A stretch of 64,000 nucleotides of DNA from an uncultured Candidatus Saccharibacteria bacterium (GCA_964457775.1 CAYWEW010000001.1:17783-81782); one strand, 5' to 3'. Counted from the first letter of the stretch, positions 36,704 through 46,448 are shown. The notes: a model not told the origin generated them from the sequence alone. Program-made: numbers and translations.

Positions 36704-37123
36704 TTAACGAGCGACAACGCGTGTCTTTACAGGAAGCTTACACCCAGCCTTACGAAGTGCTTCACGAGCAACCACTTCTGTAACTCCATCAATTTCAAAA
36801 AGAATTCTTCCTGGACGAACTTCAAAAACATATCGATCTGGATCTCCTTTACCTTTACCCATAGGAACTTCAGCTGCTTTTTGAGTTACAGGACGGTCTG
36901 GGAAAATACGAATCCAAAGCTTTGCAGTCTTACCTGCTGAACGCTGGCAAGCACGACGAGCAGCTTCGATTTGATTTGCAGCAACACGGCAAGGTGTTTC
37001 AGCCTTAAGACCGAACGATCCAAAAGCAACAGTAATACCACGTGATTCTGGGCGTGCTAGTTTAGCCTCTGAGAGGCGGGCGGTCTGCCATTTTCGGTGT
37101 TTTACTTTCTTTGGGAATAACAT
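36704..37123 (-). CDS. rplP: 50S ribosomal protein L16
   Basis: MLFPKKVKHRKWQ...GKGKGDPDRYVFEVRPGRILFEI. Confidence 0.9.
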   Translation of the reverse strand: MLFPKKVKHRKWQTARLSEAKLARPESRGITVAFGSFGLKAETPCRVAANQIEAARRACQRSAGKTAKLWIRIFPDRPVTQKAAEVPMGKGKGDPDRYVFEVRPGRILFEIDGVTEVVAREALRKAGCKLPVKTRVVAR

Positions 37124-37138
37124 ATACGTTTCTTTAAA

Positions 37139-37813
37139 TTATTTAGTTGTGTCCTTCTTATCAAACTTCATACCACGATATATCCATACCTTGATACCGA
37201 TAACACCGTAGGTCATATTCGCACGTTCACGAGCAAAGTCAATGTCGGCACGAAGTGTTTGTAGTGGAATACCTCCACGCTTGATTTGTTCACGACGAGC
37301 CATTTCAGCTCCTCCTAAACGACCAGATACTGCGATACGTGCACCTTGTACATCACGATTAGCCATCACCTTCTCAATTGTTGTCTTAAGTACACGACGG
37401 AAAGGAAGACGCTTCTCAATTCCTTCTACAATCATAGCTGCAACAATAGCTGCATCCGCTTCTGGAGAAGAAACTTCAATAATATCTAACTTAACATCTT
37501 GTGGAACAATAATCTTAAGACGTGCCATTTCTTTCTTAAGTGATGCACGGAGTTTTTCGATACCGTCTCCACCACGACCAATAATCATACCTGGGCGTGA
37601 AGTGTGAATCATAATGCGGTACTGCTTCTCAGTTCTTTCAATTTCAATAAGTGAAAGATACATCCCTTTTAGGCGCTTTGTCATCCATGCACGAACAAGA
37701 ACATCAGCACGAAGATGATCAACGTATTGATTGGTATCCTTGCCGAACCAACGTGACTTCCAGTCGCGGATGATTCCAAGTCTATGTGAATATGGGTGTA
37801 CTACGTGTGTCAT
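37139..37813 (-). CDS. rpsC: 30S ribosomal protein S3
   Basis: KH domain and S3 C-terminal domain (GIIRDWKSRWFG...). Confidence 0.9.
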   Translation of the reverse strand: MTHVVHPYSHRLGIIRDWKSRWFGKDTNQYVDHLRADVLVRAWMTKRLKGMYLSLIEIERTEKQYRIMIHTSRPGMIIGRGGDGIEKLRASLKKEMARLKIIVPQDVKLDIIEVSSPEADAAIVAAMIVEGIEKRLPFRRVLKTTIEKVMANRDVQGARIAVSGRLGGAEMARREQIKRGGIPLQTLRADIDFARERANMTYGVIGIKVWIYRGMKFDKKDTTK

Positions 37814-37817
37814 AAAA

Positions 37818-38153
37818 TTATTTTGCTTCTTTCTTAACTGCTACCGGTGCTAATTCGATAAACACTTTACTTGTGTGCTTATGAATTGGAAATGCGCGAC
37901 CCATTGCTCTTGGCATCCAACGCTTAATTACTACTCCCTTATCTACTGTTGCAGTCTTCACCATAAGTTCTGCTGCTGGCACTCCAGCGTTTGCTACAGC
38001 TGAATCAAGAAGCTTCTTAATTGGAAGAGCTCCACGCTTAATAAGATGTGAAAGTATAGCTTGTGCTTGTACAGCTGACTTACCTTTAACAAGTTCGGTA
38101 ATTAAACGAACTTTTCTAGGTGCTTGGCGATAATTGTTAAGTGATGCTTTCAT
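37818..38153 (-). CDS. rplV: 50S ribosomal protein L22
   Basis: 111 aa, L22 fold signature (AVQAQAILSH...KRWMPRAMGRAFPIHKHTSKVFIEL). Confidence 0.9.
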   Translation of the reverse strand: MKASLNNYRQAPRKVRLITELVKGKSAVQAQAILSHLIKRGALPIKKLLDSAVANAGVPAAELMVKTATVDKGVVIKRWMPRAMGRAFPIHKHTSKVFIELAPVAVKKEAK

Positions 38154-38156
38154 ATA

Positions 38157-38501
38157 TTATTTCTTCTTAGTATCAGTTGCGGACTTTGCAGCCTTAGCAG
38201 CAGTAATTTCTGATTCTTTCTTCTTCTGATCAATTTCCTTTTGCATCTTACCTCCGTGTCTTGTAAATTTACGTGTTGGAGAAAATTCACCAAGCTTATG
38301 ACCAACCATATCTTCAGTAATAAGAACTGGAATATGAGTCTTGCCATTGTATACACCAAAAGTGAAACCTACCATTTCAGGCGCAATGTCAGAACGACGA
38401 ATCCATGTCTTAATAACGTCCGTTGTTTCTGGGCGTTTACCAAGTACTTTCTTTAGTACTCGTTCGTCTACGTATGGTCCTTTGTGAAGTGATCTTGTCA
38501 T
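38157..38501 (-). CDS. rpsS: 30S ribosomal protein S19 with Lys-rich C-terminal extension
   Basis: [19 protein letters not shown]...[27 protein letters not shown]. Confidence 0.9.
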   Translation of the reverse strand: MTRSLHKGPYVDERVLKKVLGKRPETTDVIKTWIRRSDIAPEMVGFTFGVYNGKTHIPVLITEDMVGHKLGEFSPTRKFTRHGGKMQKEIDQKKKESEITAAKAAKSATDTKKK

Positions 38502-38612
38502 TTTGGTTAAGTTGGCTTATTATATCAGATTTTGGCTTAAAGTAAAGCGTTTTATGGATTTTAGGTTTGTATTTTACTACTCATTAATTTCCAATCTCTA
38601 CTTTAAAATTTA

Positions 38613-39452
38613 TTATTTCTTCTTACGTACTACACGACGGGATACAATGTGTACATTTGAATATTTCTTTGGAGTTCTTGTCTTATGTCCTCCGGTTGTC
38701 TTTCCTTGCTTTGTCTTTGGACGACGTGTTCCTCGTGGTTGTGCTCCTTCACCTCCTCCGTATGGGTGGTCTACTGGGTTACGAGCCATCGCACGTGTCT
38801 TTGGACGAATACCCAAGTGGCGTGAACGTCCAGCCTTTCCAATGTTACGAAGACGATACTCTTCATTTGAAACTTCACCAATTGAAGCAAAACATGTATC
38901 CACTACTTTACGAATTTCGGTTGATGGAAGTTTGATTGAAGTAAATCCATTATCGTGAGCAACGACTTGAGCGTAAGTTCCAGCTGAACGAACTAGCTTA
39001 GCACCTGCACGTAACTTAAGTTCTACGTTGTATACAAAAGTACCTACAGGGATATTCTTAAGTGCAAGACGATTACCTACATTTAGGTCAGCTTTTTCTG
39101 AAACAATAAATGTATCCCCTACTTTCATTGAACGAGGAACAAGAACATAACGTTTTGCTCCATCTGCATATGATGCTAGCGCAATAAAACCTGAACGATT
39201 TGGATCGTATTCAATAGTTTGAAGTTTTGCAGGAATATCTTTTTTGTCATATACAAAATCAATCTCACGGAAAGAACGCTTGTGGCCTCCTCCTCTGTGT
39301 TGTGATGTAATACGTCCGAAAGCGTTACGTCCTGAACCACGTCTAAAACCTGATGTGAGCGGCTTATATGGATCGTTGGTTGTAAGTACTCCTCGGTATG
39401 TTACCGTGGTCATATTACGACGTGATGGGGTTGTTGGTTTATAGGTTTTCAT
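38613..39452 (-). CDS. rplB: 50S ribosomal protein L2
   Basis: 279 aa; GRNAFGRITSQHRGGGHKR and C-terminal PVDHPYGGGEG motifs. Confidence 0.9.
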   Translation of the reverse strand: MKTYKPTTPSRRNMTTVTYRGVLTTNDPYKPLTSGFRRGSGRNAFGRITSQHRGGGHKRSFREIDFVYDKKDIPAKLQTIEYDPNRSGFIALASYADGAKRYVLVPRSMKVGDTFIVSEKADLNVGNRLALKNIPVGTFVYNVELKLRAGAKLVRSAGTYAQVVAHDNGFTSIKLPSTEIRKVVDTCFASIGEVSNEEYRLRNIGKAGRSRHLGIRPKTRAMARNPVDHPYGGGEGAQPRGTRRPKTKQGKTTGGHKTRTPKKYSNVHIVSRRVVRKKK

Positions 39453-39470
39453 ATTCGTTTACTATCTTAA

Positions 39471-39800
39471 TTATGAGAGTGAAATAGTATCTCCTTTGTT
39501 AAGGAAAATAACTGCTTTCTTGAGACCAGCCTTTGTTCCAAATTTTCCACGAATGAATGTATTCTTGCGAGGCATGTTAGTGATGTTAATCGCTTTAGGA
39601 GTTACTTTGTACTCTTTTTTGAAAGCATCTAATACAGTGTGCTTGGTTGCGTCTTTTCTAACTACGAATGTATATGCATTTGCAGATGATTGCATTGAAG
39701 CTTTTTCAGTAATACGAGGAGCGATAATAACCTTTGAAGATGCTACTGTGTCTACTTTTTCTACTGCTGTCTTTTCAGTTGTTGTTTTCTTTGTTGCCAT
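39471..39800 (-). CDS. rplW: 50S ribosomal protein L23
   Basis: 109 aa, position between L4 and L2, L23-like core. Confidence 0.85.
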   Translation of the reverse strand: MATKKTTTEKTAVEKVDTVASSKVIIAPRITEKASMQSSANAYTFVVRKDATKHTVLDAFKKEYKVTPKAINITNMPRKNTFIRGKFGTKAGLKKAVIFLNKGDTISLS

Positions 39801-39806
39801 ATACGT

Positions 39807-40472
39807 TTATTTATTTACTTTAGAAGAAAGATAAGCAATTGTTTCTTCTGGATTAGCAATAACCAAGTATCTTGTATTAGCTAAATCAAGAGGGTTAAGA
39901 TCATCCATATTATGAAGAGTCATGTATGGAAGATTACGGAATGCGCGCTTTGTTACATCCTCACCTTTCTTAATTGTCATATACACATTGTTTGGCTTCT
40001 TGTAACAAAGAGTCTTGAAACCTTCGATAGTAGTAAGACCTTTCATAGCCATATCTGCATCTTTTGTCTTACCGGTTTGAGTAGGAACAGAATCAACGAA
40101 AATAACTTTACCCGCTTTAACCTTTGCAGACAAAAGTGAGAATAGTGCAGCAACTTTCATTCCCTTAGGAATAGTCTTCTTATAATCCTTATCATTTCTA
40201 GGACCAAAAGTTACACCTCCACCTTTCCATAATGGTGACTGTGCAGAACCATGACGAGCACGTCCAGAACCTTTTTGTGCCCATGGCTTCTTGTGAGTTC
40301 CACGAACTTCAGCTCTGTTTTTTGTGTGAGCAGTACCAGCGCGTCTATTAGACGCTTGTGAATAAAGAACTTGTGATACGAGATCAGCATTCCACTTAGC
40401 ACCAAAAATATTCTCTGGTACTTCGAGTGACTTTGCTATCTTTCCTTCCATTGTATAGACGTTTACTTTCAT
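39807..40472 (-). CDS. rplD: 50S ribosomal protein L4
   Basis: 221 aa; GTAHTKNRAEVRGTHKKPWAQKGSGRARHGS motif. Confidence 0.9.
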   Translation of the reverse strand: MKVNVYTMEGKIAKSLEVPENIFGAKWNADLVSQVLYSQASNRRAGTAHTKNRAEVRGTHKKPWAQKGSGRARHGSAQSPLWKGGGVTFGPRNDKDYKKTIPKGMKVAALFSLLSAKVKAGKVIFVDSVPTQTGKTKDADMAMKGLTTIEGFKTLCYKKPNNVYMTIKKGEDVTKRAFRNLPYMTLHNMDDLNPLDLANTRYLVIANPEETIAYLSSKVNK

Positions 40473-40478
40473 ATAATT

Positions 40479-41087
40479 TTACTTAGTTGTCTTGATTTCC
40501 ACAAGTGTTCCACGCTTTCCTGCAACCGCACCCTTAAGAAGGATGATTCCATTCTCAAAATCAACATCAAGAATTGTTACATTCTTTTGTGTGATACGAT
40601 CACTTCCCATACGACCCGCCATTCTCTTTCCCTTGAAAACTCTCTGTGGGCCTGTTGCTCCAATAGAACCAATTTCACGCATTGAGTGCTTCTGACCATG
40701 CTGATGCCAACCTCCGTGCATACCATGACGCTTCATTGGACCTTGAAAACCTTTACCTTTTGAAACACTAGATACTGTTACAATATCTCCTTTGTTGAAA
40801 ACATCACATGCAATTGTAGCTCCAAGTGACAAGTCCCCTGGTGCTGTACGGAATTCCTTAGATACTTTATGAGGAGTTCCCTTAAAGTGTCCAAGTAACG
40901 CCTTTGACATACGCTCCTTCTTTTGTTCCCCTTGTCCAACTTGTATAGCATCATATCCATCAGTTGCTACAGTCTTAAGAGCGGTCACTGTTAAGGGTGT
41001 TGCCTTAAGAATTGTTGCAGGGTGAACTTTTCCGTCTTCGGAAAAGAATTCTGTCATATGTTGTTTTGTTGCGAGTGTGAATTTCAT
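40479..41087 (-). CDS. rplC: 50S ribosomal protein L3
   Basis: 202 aa; VSSVSKGKGFQGPMKRHGMHGGWHQHGQ motif. Confidence 0.9.
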   Translation of the reverse strand: MKFTLATKQHMTEFFSEDGKVHPATILKATPLTVTALKTVATDGYDAIQVGQGEQKKERMSKALLGHFKGTPHKVSKEFRTAPGDLSLGATIACDVFNKGDIVTVSSVSKGKGFQGPMKRHGMHGGWHQHGQKHSMREIGSIGATGPQRVFKGKRMAGRMGSDRITQKNVTILDVDFENGIILLKGAVAGKRGTLVEIKTTK

Positions 41088-41127
41088 GGTGTTTTCTTGT
41101 GTCTGATAGATTATCTGACTATTTTAT

Positions 41128-41514
41128 CTATGCCATCTTTACATCTATATCAACTCCAGATGGAAGTGATAGATTTGTAAGAGCTTCAATTAGCTTTGCA
41201 TTTGGATTTACGATGTCAACGAGACGCTTATGCACTCTCATTTCGAACTGTTCACGTGCATCTTTATAAATAAATGATGAACGGTTAACTGTATAACGCT
41301 TGATTTCTGTTGGAAGCGGAATTGGTCCAAGAATTATAGCCTCGAAACGACGTGCAGTGTCAATAATCTGCTTCACGGAAGCATCAAGAACTTTACTTTC
41401 ATATGCGCGTACACGAATACGAAGCTTCTGGGTGTCTTGAGCTTTAGATGGCTTTGTTACTTTTTTTACAGCTTTTTTAGTTGCTGTTTTTGTAGCTGTT
41501 TCGGTTGCTGTCAT
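41128..41514 (-). CDS. rpsJ: 30S ribosomal protein S10 with ~28-aa Thr/Lys-rich N-terminal extension
   Basis: QKLRIRVRAYESKVLDASVKQIIDTARRFEAIILGPIPLPTEIKRYTVNRS is the S10 core. Confidence 0.9.
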   Translation of the reverse strand: MTATETATKTATKKAVKKVTKPSKAQDTQKLRIRVRAYESKVLDASVKQIIDTARRFEAIILGPIPLPTEIKRYTVNRSSFIYKDAREQFEMRVHKRLVDIVNPNAKLIEALTNLSLPSGVDIDVKMA

Positions 41515-41560
41515 GCTTGTAAGGATTTAATCTATCATACTTTGATAGAAAGTTAAAATA

Positions 41561-42754
41561 TTATGCAATTATCTTTGTTACCACACCGGCACCAACTGTC
41601 TTACCTCCTTCACGGATAGCAAAACGTCCTTGTTCTTCAAGAGCAATTGGAGCGAGAAGCTTAACAGTGAACTTTGCAGTATCTCCTGGCATAATCATTT
41701 CTACACCAGCCGCTAATGTAACTTCACCTGTAACGTCAGTTGTACGTACATAGAACTGTGGCTTGTAACCATTCAAGAATGGAGTGTGGCGTCCACCTTC
41801 TTCCTTCTTAAGGATGTAAACTTCACATTCAAAGTCTGTATGAGGCTTTACTGAACCTGGCTTAGCAAGAACTTGTCCACGCATAATGTCTTCCTTCTTG
41901 ATACCACGAATAAGAATACCGGCGTTATCACCTGCTTGTCCTTCTGGAAGTGACTTGTTGAACATTTCAATACCAGTAACAACTGTCTTAACAGTGTCCT
42001 TAAGACCGACAATTTCAATTTCTTCGTTAATCTTAACGATACCACGTTCAATACGTCCTGTTACCACAGTTCCACGTCCTTCGATAGTGAAAATGTCTTC
42101 TACAGGCATAAGGAATGGCTTTGTAGTATCACGCTCTGGAACTGGAATCCATGTATCAAGAGCAGTCATAAGTTCTACAATTCTTTGTGCCCAAGGATCA
42201 TTAATATCAGTAGCTTCTGATGCCTTAAGACCTGAACCACGGATAACTGGTGTATTAGCACCATCAAATCCTTGCTTTGTAAGGAGTTCACGAACTTCTT
42301 CTTCAACGAGTTCAATCATATCTGGATCATCAACCATATCACACTTGTTTAGGAAAACCACGATCTTTGGCACTCCAACCTGCTTGGCTAGGAGAATGTG
42401 TTCACGTGTTTGTGGCATAGGTCCATCAGTTGCTGCTACTACGAGAATAGCACCGTCCATTTGAGCTGCACCAGTAATCATGTTCTTAATATAGTCAGCG
42501 TGACCAGGAGCATCAATATGCGCATAGTGACGATTAGCTGTCCAATACTCTGAGTGAGAAAGAGAAATGGTAATACCACGAGCTTTTTCTTCAGGAGCCT
42601 TGTCAATTTCATCAACACCCTTTAACTTAATAGTTTGATCCATTAAGTGAAGTACGTTTAAAATACCTGATGTAAGAGTAGTCTTTCCGTGGTCAACGTG
42701 ACCGATAGTTCCTACGTTTACGTGTGGTTTTGAGCGATCAAATGTATCTGCCAT
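41561..42754 (-). CDS. tuf: Elongation factor Tu
   Basis: [23 protein letters not shown]-motifs; 397 aa. Confidence 0.95.
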   Translation of the reverse strand: MADTFDRSKPHVNVGTIGHVDHGKTTLTSGILNVLHLMDQTIKLKGVDEIDKAPEEKARGITISLSHSEYWTANRHYAHIDAPGHADYIKNMITGAAQMDGAILVVAATDGPMPQTREHILLAKQVGVPKIVVFLNKCDMVDDPDMIELVEEEVRELLTKQGFDGANTPVIRGSGLKASEATDINDPWAQRIVELMTALDTWIPVPERDTTKPFLMPVEDIFTIEGRGTVVTGRIERGIVKINEEIEIVGLKDTVKTVVTGIEMFNKSLPEGQAGDNAGILIRGIKKEDIMRGQVLAKPGSVKPHTDFECEVYILKKEEGGRHTPFLNGYKPQFYVRTTDVTGEVTLAAGVEMIMPGDTAKFTVKLLAPIALEEQGRFAIREGGKTVGAGVVTKIIA

Positions 42755-42823
42755 ATGTTTTTGTTGGGTCTTGTCTCATCTCTAATTTGTCGGCTAAACA
42801 ATTTTTGTTAAAATTGTCGCCCG

Positions 42824-42843
42824 AACATTTGTAAACAAATGTT
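42824..42843. promoter_or_regulatory. Perfect 9-bp inverted repeat (operator-like palindrome) in the tuf/cmk divergent intergenic region
   Basis: AACATTTGT-AA-ACAAATGTT, about 70 nt upstream of the tuf start codon. Confidence 0.3.
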
Positions 42844-43039
42844 TTAGGGAGGATATTGGACTAATTAATTATTTAAATAAAAAGAAACTGGAAACTAATA
42901 AATTACACACTACTTAGCCAAGCAAGATTTCAGTAGATGCTAAGTGAGTCTTGCAATACTATCACATTTCATGACTATTTGCAAATTATATATTCTATTG
43001 CTATTTAAGGTGTTAAATTTTTGATATACTCTATATTAT

Positions 43040-43720
43040 ATGAAGATAAACCCTGTTCCAATTATCGCAATTGATGGGACTTCCTCCTCTGGAAAAGGTA
43101 CTATTGCTTACAAACTTGCAGAATATTTTGGTTATAATTATTTAAATGCTGGTGCACTTTATCGCCTATCTGCTTATACCGCACTTGCGAATAATGTTAA
43201 CCTTTCACACAAGGAAGCGCTGATTCAAATCGCCTCTCAGCTTCGTCCACATTTTAAAGGAAAGCAAATTATTGTTGACGGAAAAGACGTGTGGCCTATC
43301 ATTTCCACCCAAGAATACGGTAATCATGCATCAGTAATAAGTCCAATTAAAGAGCTCAGAGAAGCTCTTTTTTATGCCCAAAGAAAAATGATTGCTCCCC
43401 CTGGCCTGGTCGCTGAAGGGAGAGATATGTGTAACCATGTTTTTACTGATGCAAAAGTAAAATTTTACCTTAATGCGGATGTAACGGTGCGAGCAGAACG
43501 TAGATTAATTGATGAGCAAAAGAAAGGTACAGGTAAAACACTTGAAATGATAGAAAAAGAATTAGAATTGCGTGACCATCGTGATATGACTCGTGAATTA
43601 GGAAGATTATATCCAGCAGATGATGCTTGTATTATTGATACAGGAAATAAAACAATTGAAGAAGTGTTGGAAGAATGTATTGATTGGTGCGAGGTACAAG
43701 GTATAGTCGTTAGTCGTTAG
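43040..43720 (+). CDS. cmk: Cytidylate kinase
   Basis: IIAIDGTSSSGKGTIAYKLAEYFGYNYLNAGALYR P-loop/NMP-binding signature; 226 aa. Confidence 0.85.
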   Translation: MKINPVPIIAIDGTSSSGKGTIAYKLAEYFGYNYLNAGALYRLSAYTALANNVNLSHKEALIQIASQLRPHFKGKQIIVDGKDVWPIISTQEYGNHASVISPIKELREALFYAQRKMIAPPGLVAEGRDMCNHVFTDAKVKFYLNADVTVRAERRLIDEQKKGTGKTLEMIEKELELRDHRDMTRELGRLYPADDACIIDTGNKTIEEVLEECIDWCEVQGIVVSR

Positions 43721-43744
43721 TCGTTAGGAAAATTATACAGAACA

Positions 43745-43767
43745 AAAGCGCGTCGTAGACGCGCTTT
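43745..43767 (+). terminator. Terminator hairpin after cmk
   Basis: aaagcgcgtc-gtag-acgcgcttt followed by an A/T run. Confidence 0.5.
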
Positions 43768-43784
43768 ACCAAAAAAAACTGGCT

Positions 43785-44168
43785 TCACAATTTTTCTCTT
43801 TGAATCTTCTCCAAATTATTGTAATCAAGCAGATGTACACGAGCCTCAAGAACTAAAACGATCCCACTCCATAGTGTGTAGAAATTTTTCACATCAACCA
43901 CAGAAGGTTGATTTTCTTCTGGCTGTATAGCCTTAATGCGCCTTATTAAACTACGCACATCCCCAATATCAGCTCTTCCAGACCAAGCAATTGACCTTCC
44001 AGCCCAGTAGGAAATTACAGCGTTAGTGACTCCTATAGACCTTTCCGTCCAGCAAGGTAAAGCTTTGACCGATTTGAAAAGAATATCTACTCCTTCAAAA
44101 AGAGGTCTAACCATTAATGTTTCCACATCATCTGAATCAAAATCAAACAACTTTGTAGGTTTTTCCAT
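43785..44168 (-). CDS. Hypothetical protein (~127 aa)
   Basis: Start set at ATG 44168, which has GGAGGAG 5 nt upstream (MEKPTKLFDFDSDD...). Confidence 0.45.
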   Translation of the reverse strand: MEKPTKLFDFDSDDVETLMVRPLFEGVDILFKSVKALPCWTERSIGVTNAVISYWAGRSIAWSGRADIGDVRSLIRRIKAIQPEENQPSVVDVKNFYTLWSGIVLVLEARVHLLDYNNLEKIQREKL

Positions 44169-44224
44169 GACTCCTCCAGTATTGAACAAGCTAAATGCAA
44201 TCTAACATAGTTAATTGTAAGAGA

Positions 44225-44249
44225 AAAGCACGGCCTGCGGCCGTGCTTT
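44225..44249 (-). terminator. Terminator hairpin abutting the stop of the Nudix gene
   Basis: aaagcacggcc-tgc-ggccgtgcttt. Confidence 0.5.
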
Positions 44250-44772
44250 AAAGAACTTCATCTAAAACTTTTATTTCTGGTTCAACTTTTTTGCCAAGCA
44301 ATTTCACTTCATAAACATTCCTTTCCCCTTTGAACATTTTTTCAAAGATGTGTTTGTCGGCAGGCATCATTTCATTATATGGAATAGTTTCCACACTAAA
44401 AAATGTTGGTGCCCCCATTTCTTCACCTTCTACTGGTTCACTTAACCATTTTTTAAGAAAGAAAAAAGAAACGTCCATAAATGGTTCAAAACTTCCGTCA
44501 TCTTTCTTTGTATAAAAATAAACTCGCGCAACAATTTCCAAATCTTTTTTACTTGCAGTAACCCCTGATTCATCTAGTAACTCACGAATAGCAGTATCAA
44601 AGATGTTTGTATCTCCTTCTTCCATCTTTCCACCATATCCGTTATATGTTCCTAGACTATACCCGATGGAACCATTTTCATGATGTATTGCCTGCTTTTT
44701 ACGAGCGAGACAAATATTTCCAACACCATCAATTAAAAGAACGACAGTTGCTTTTTTCGTGGGTTTTTCCAT
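44248..44772 (-). CDS. Nudix-family hydrolase (degenerate Nudix box)
   Basis: GYGGKMEEGDTNIFDTAIRELLDESGV approximates Gx5Ex7REUxEExGU; 174 aa. Confidence 0.55.
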   Translation of the reverse strand: MEKPTKKATVVLLIDGVGNICLARKKQAIHHENGSIGYSLGTYNGYGGKMEEGDTNIFDTAIRELLDESGVTASKKDLEIVARVYFYTKKDDGSFEPFMDVSFFFLKKWLSEPVEGEEMGAPTFFSVETIPYNEMMPADKHIFEKMFKGERNVYEVKLLGKKVEPEIKVLDEVL

Positions 44773-44804
44773 GATGATTCTCCTGTAAAGTTCAACTATT
44801 AAAA

Positions 44805-45380
44805 CTATATACTTTTATTAAAATTTGTAAACTTTTTACTAATAATAACTATTACTATCAAAAAGCCAAATAATACTGCAGACATGAGTGGGAATGTAAC
44901 AAATCCGAATTCTATGAATGATGGCTTTGAACAATCAACGGCGAATGGGGCAGTTGAGCATGGCGCAAGTACATTATAACCAATTTGTAAAATGTGATGG
45001 TCTATAGCGATAATAAGCCCAACCGCGGAGAGTAATAATGAGTAAGGGAGAATATTTCTGTCTTTTTTGTACCATGCAAAACCAAATAAAAATATTTGTG
45101 AGTACAAAAATATTCTTTGATACCAACATAAACTACACGGAGCATAGAAAAGATAATCAGAATAAAAAAGTGACATCAGTGTCCCCCACAATGTCGCAAA
45201 AAATCCGAGAGGTAGAACGTTTTCAGAAATAAATTTCAGTAACTTTGGCTCCCGCCTATCCTCTCTAAAGTAAATTGCAAACGAAATATAACAAACGAGA
45301 AGCAACAGCGCTCCACCACCTATAATTGTTGCGATGGATAAATAGTGATTCAAAAATGAGGCAATAGTTTCTTTGTTCAT
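44805..45380 (-). CDS. DsbB/BdbC-like disulfide oxidoreductase membrane protein
   Basis: 4 TM. First loop CxxC (APCSLCWYQR), second loop Cys pair (APCSTAPFAVDC). Confidence 0.5.
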   Translation of the reverse strand: MNKETIASFLNHYLSIATIIGGGALLLLVCYISFAIYFREDRREPKLLKFISENVLPLGFFATLWGTLMSLFYSDYLFYAPCSLCWYQRIFLYSQIFLFGFAWYKKDRNILPYSLLLSAVGLIIAIDHHILQIGYNVLAPCSTAPFAVDCSKPSFIEFGFVTFPLMSAVLFGFLIVIVIISKKFTNFNKSI

Positions 45381-45482
45381 AATTACATTCTATCAAATTA
45401 CAAACTAAAAGCACGGCACCGTAGGTGTCGTACTTTCTATGTATCTTGAATGTATCCCCTAAAAAGTCAGAAATTGAATGAA

Positions 45483-45563
45483 ATGCGCGAAGCGAGGATA
45501 TTTTTATGAGAAGACATACTTACGCGTACGGCGACTCGTAAAAATATTATCGCGACAAAGCAG
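45483..45563. repeat. Copy d of the ~85-nt structured repeat family
   Basis: gcgcgaagcgagGATATTTTTAtgagaagacatacttacgcgtacggcgactcgTAAAAATATTatcgcgacaaagcag, 10 nt past the secF stop. Confidence 0.55.
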
Positions 45564-45572
45564 TTCGTCAAT

Positions 45573-46448
45573 TTATAACTTTTTACCATTCCAGACGGTA
45601 AGGAGAGGAGAAGCCACAAATATCGATGAGTAAGTCCCCACAAACATACCGATAATAAGTGTAAGCGTAAACCACTTTGTCATAACTGGACCAAAGAAGA
45701 ATAGGGCAAGCAAAGCTAAAATAACAGTTACTGAAGTATTAATAGAACGTGTAAATGTTTGCATAAGACTCGCACCAACTATTTCATCGAATGATTGCTT
45801 CTTGCCTGATAACTTCAAATTCTCACGAATTCTATCGAACACCACAATCTTATCTGAAATAGAAATACCAATAATAGTAAGAAGAGCAATTACAAAAAGT
45901 GTATCTACTTCAGCACCATACTTATGTGAAAGAATCACATACACACCAGTTGGAACAATTATGTCGTGAATAAGTGTAACCATTGCTATTACACCATATT
46001 TCCATGATTGAACTGGGAGTGAAACTTCACGGAAAGAGAAAGCGATGAAAGCAAGAATAGCAAGAACCACAACAATAAGAGCAATGATTGCCTTCTTAGT
46101 CATCTCAGCACCGAGTGTTGGACCGACTGTGTTCACTTGAGTAAATTCAAAAGGGGTAGCATTGTTTACGTTTGCAAGTTTTGTAATTACTGGACCAATT
46201 TCTTCATATGTTTTTGAAGAAATAAAACGATAAGTTAATTCCCCTGTTTTATATAATGCTATACCTTCTTGCTCAAAAACTTCTTCTATAAGTTCTGCAG
46301 ATTGAGTACTATAAGTAATATCAATAACTGAACCTCCAGTAAAATCAATACCTTGCTTGATGCCGTATGTGCTAATAAGAAGTAAGGAAGCGACAACTAG
46401 TGTTATTGATAATCCAATAAAGAATATTTTGTGTTTAATTATTTGCAT
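45573..46448 (-). CDS. secF: Protein translocase subunit SecF
   Basis: 291 aa, 6 TM, downstream of secD. Confidence 0.85.
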   Translation of the reverse strand: MQIIKHKIFFIGLSITLVVASLLLISTYGIKQGIDFTGGSVIDITYSTQSAELIEEVFEQEGIALYKTGELTYRFISSKTYEEIGPVITKLANVNNATPFEFTQVNTVGPTLGAEMTKKAIIALIVVVLAILAFIAFSFREVSLPVQSWKYGVIAMVTLIHDIIVPTGVYVILSHKYGAEVDTLFVIALLTIIGISISDKIVVFDRIRENLKLSGKKQSFDEIVGASLMQTFTRSINTSVTVILALLALFFFGPVMTKWFTLTLIIGMFVGTYSSIFVASPLLTVWNGKKL

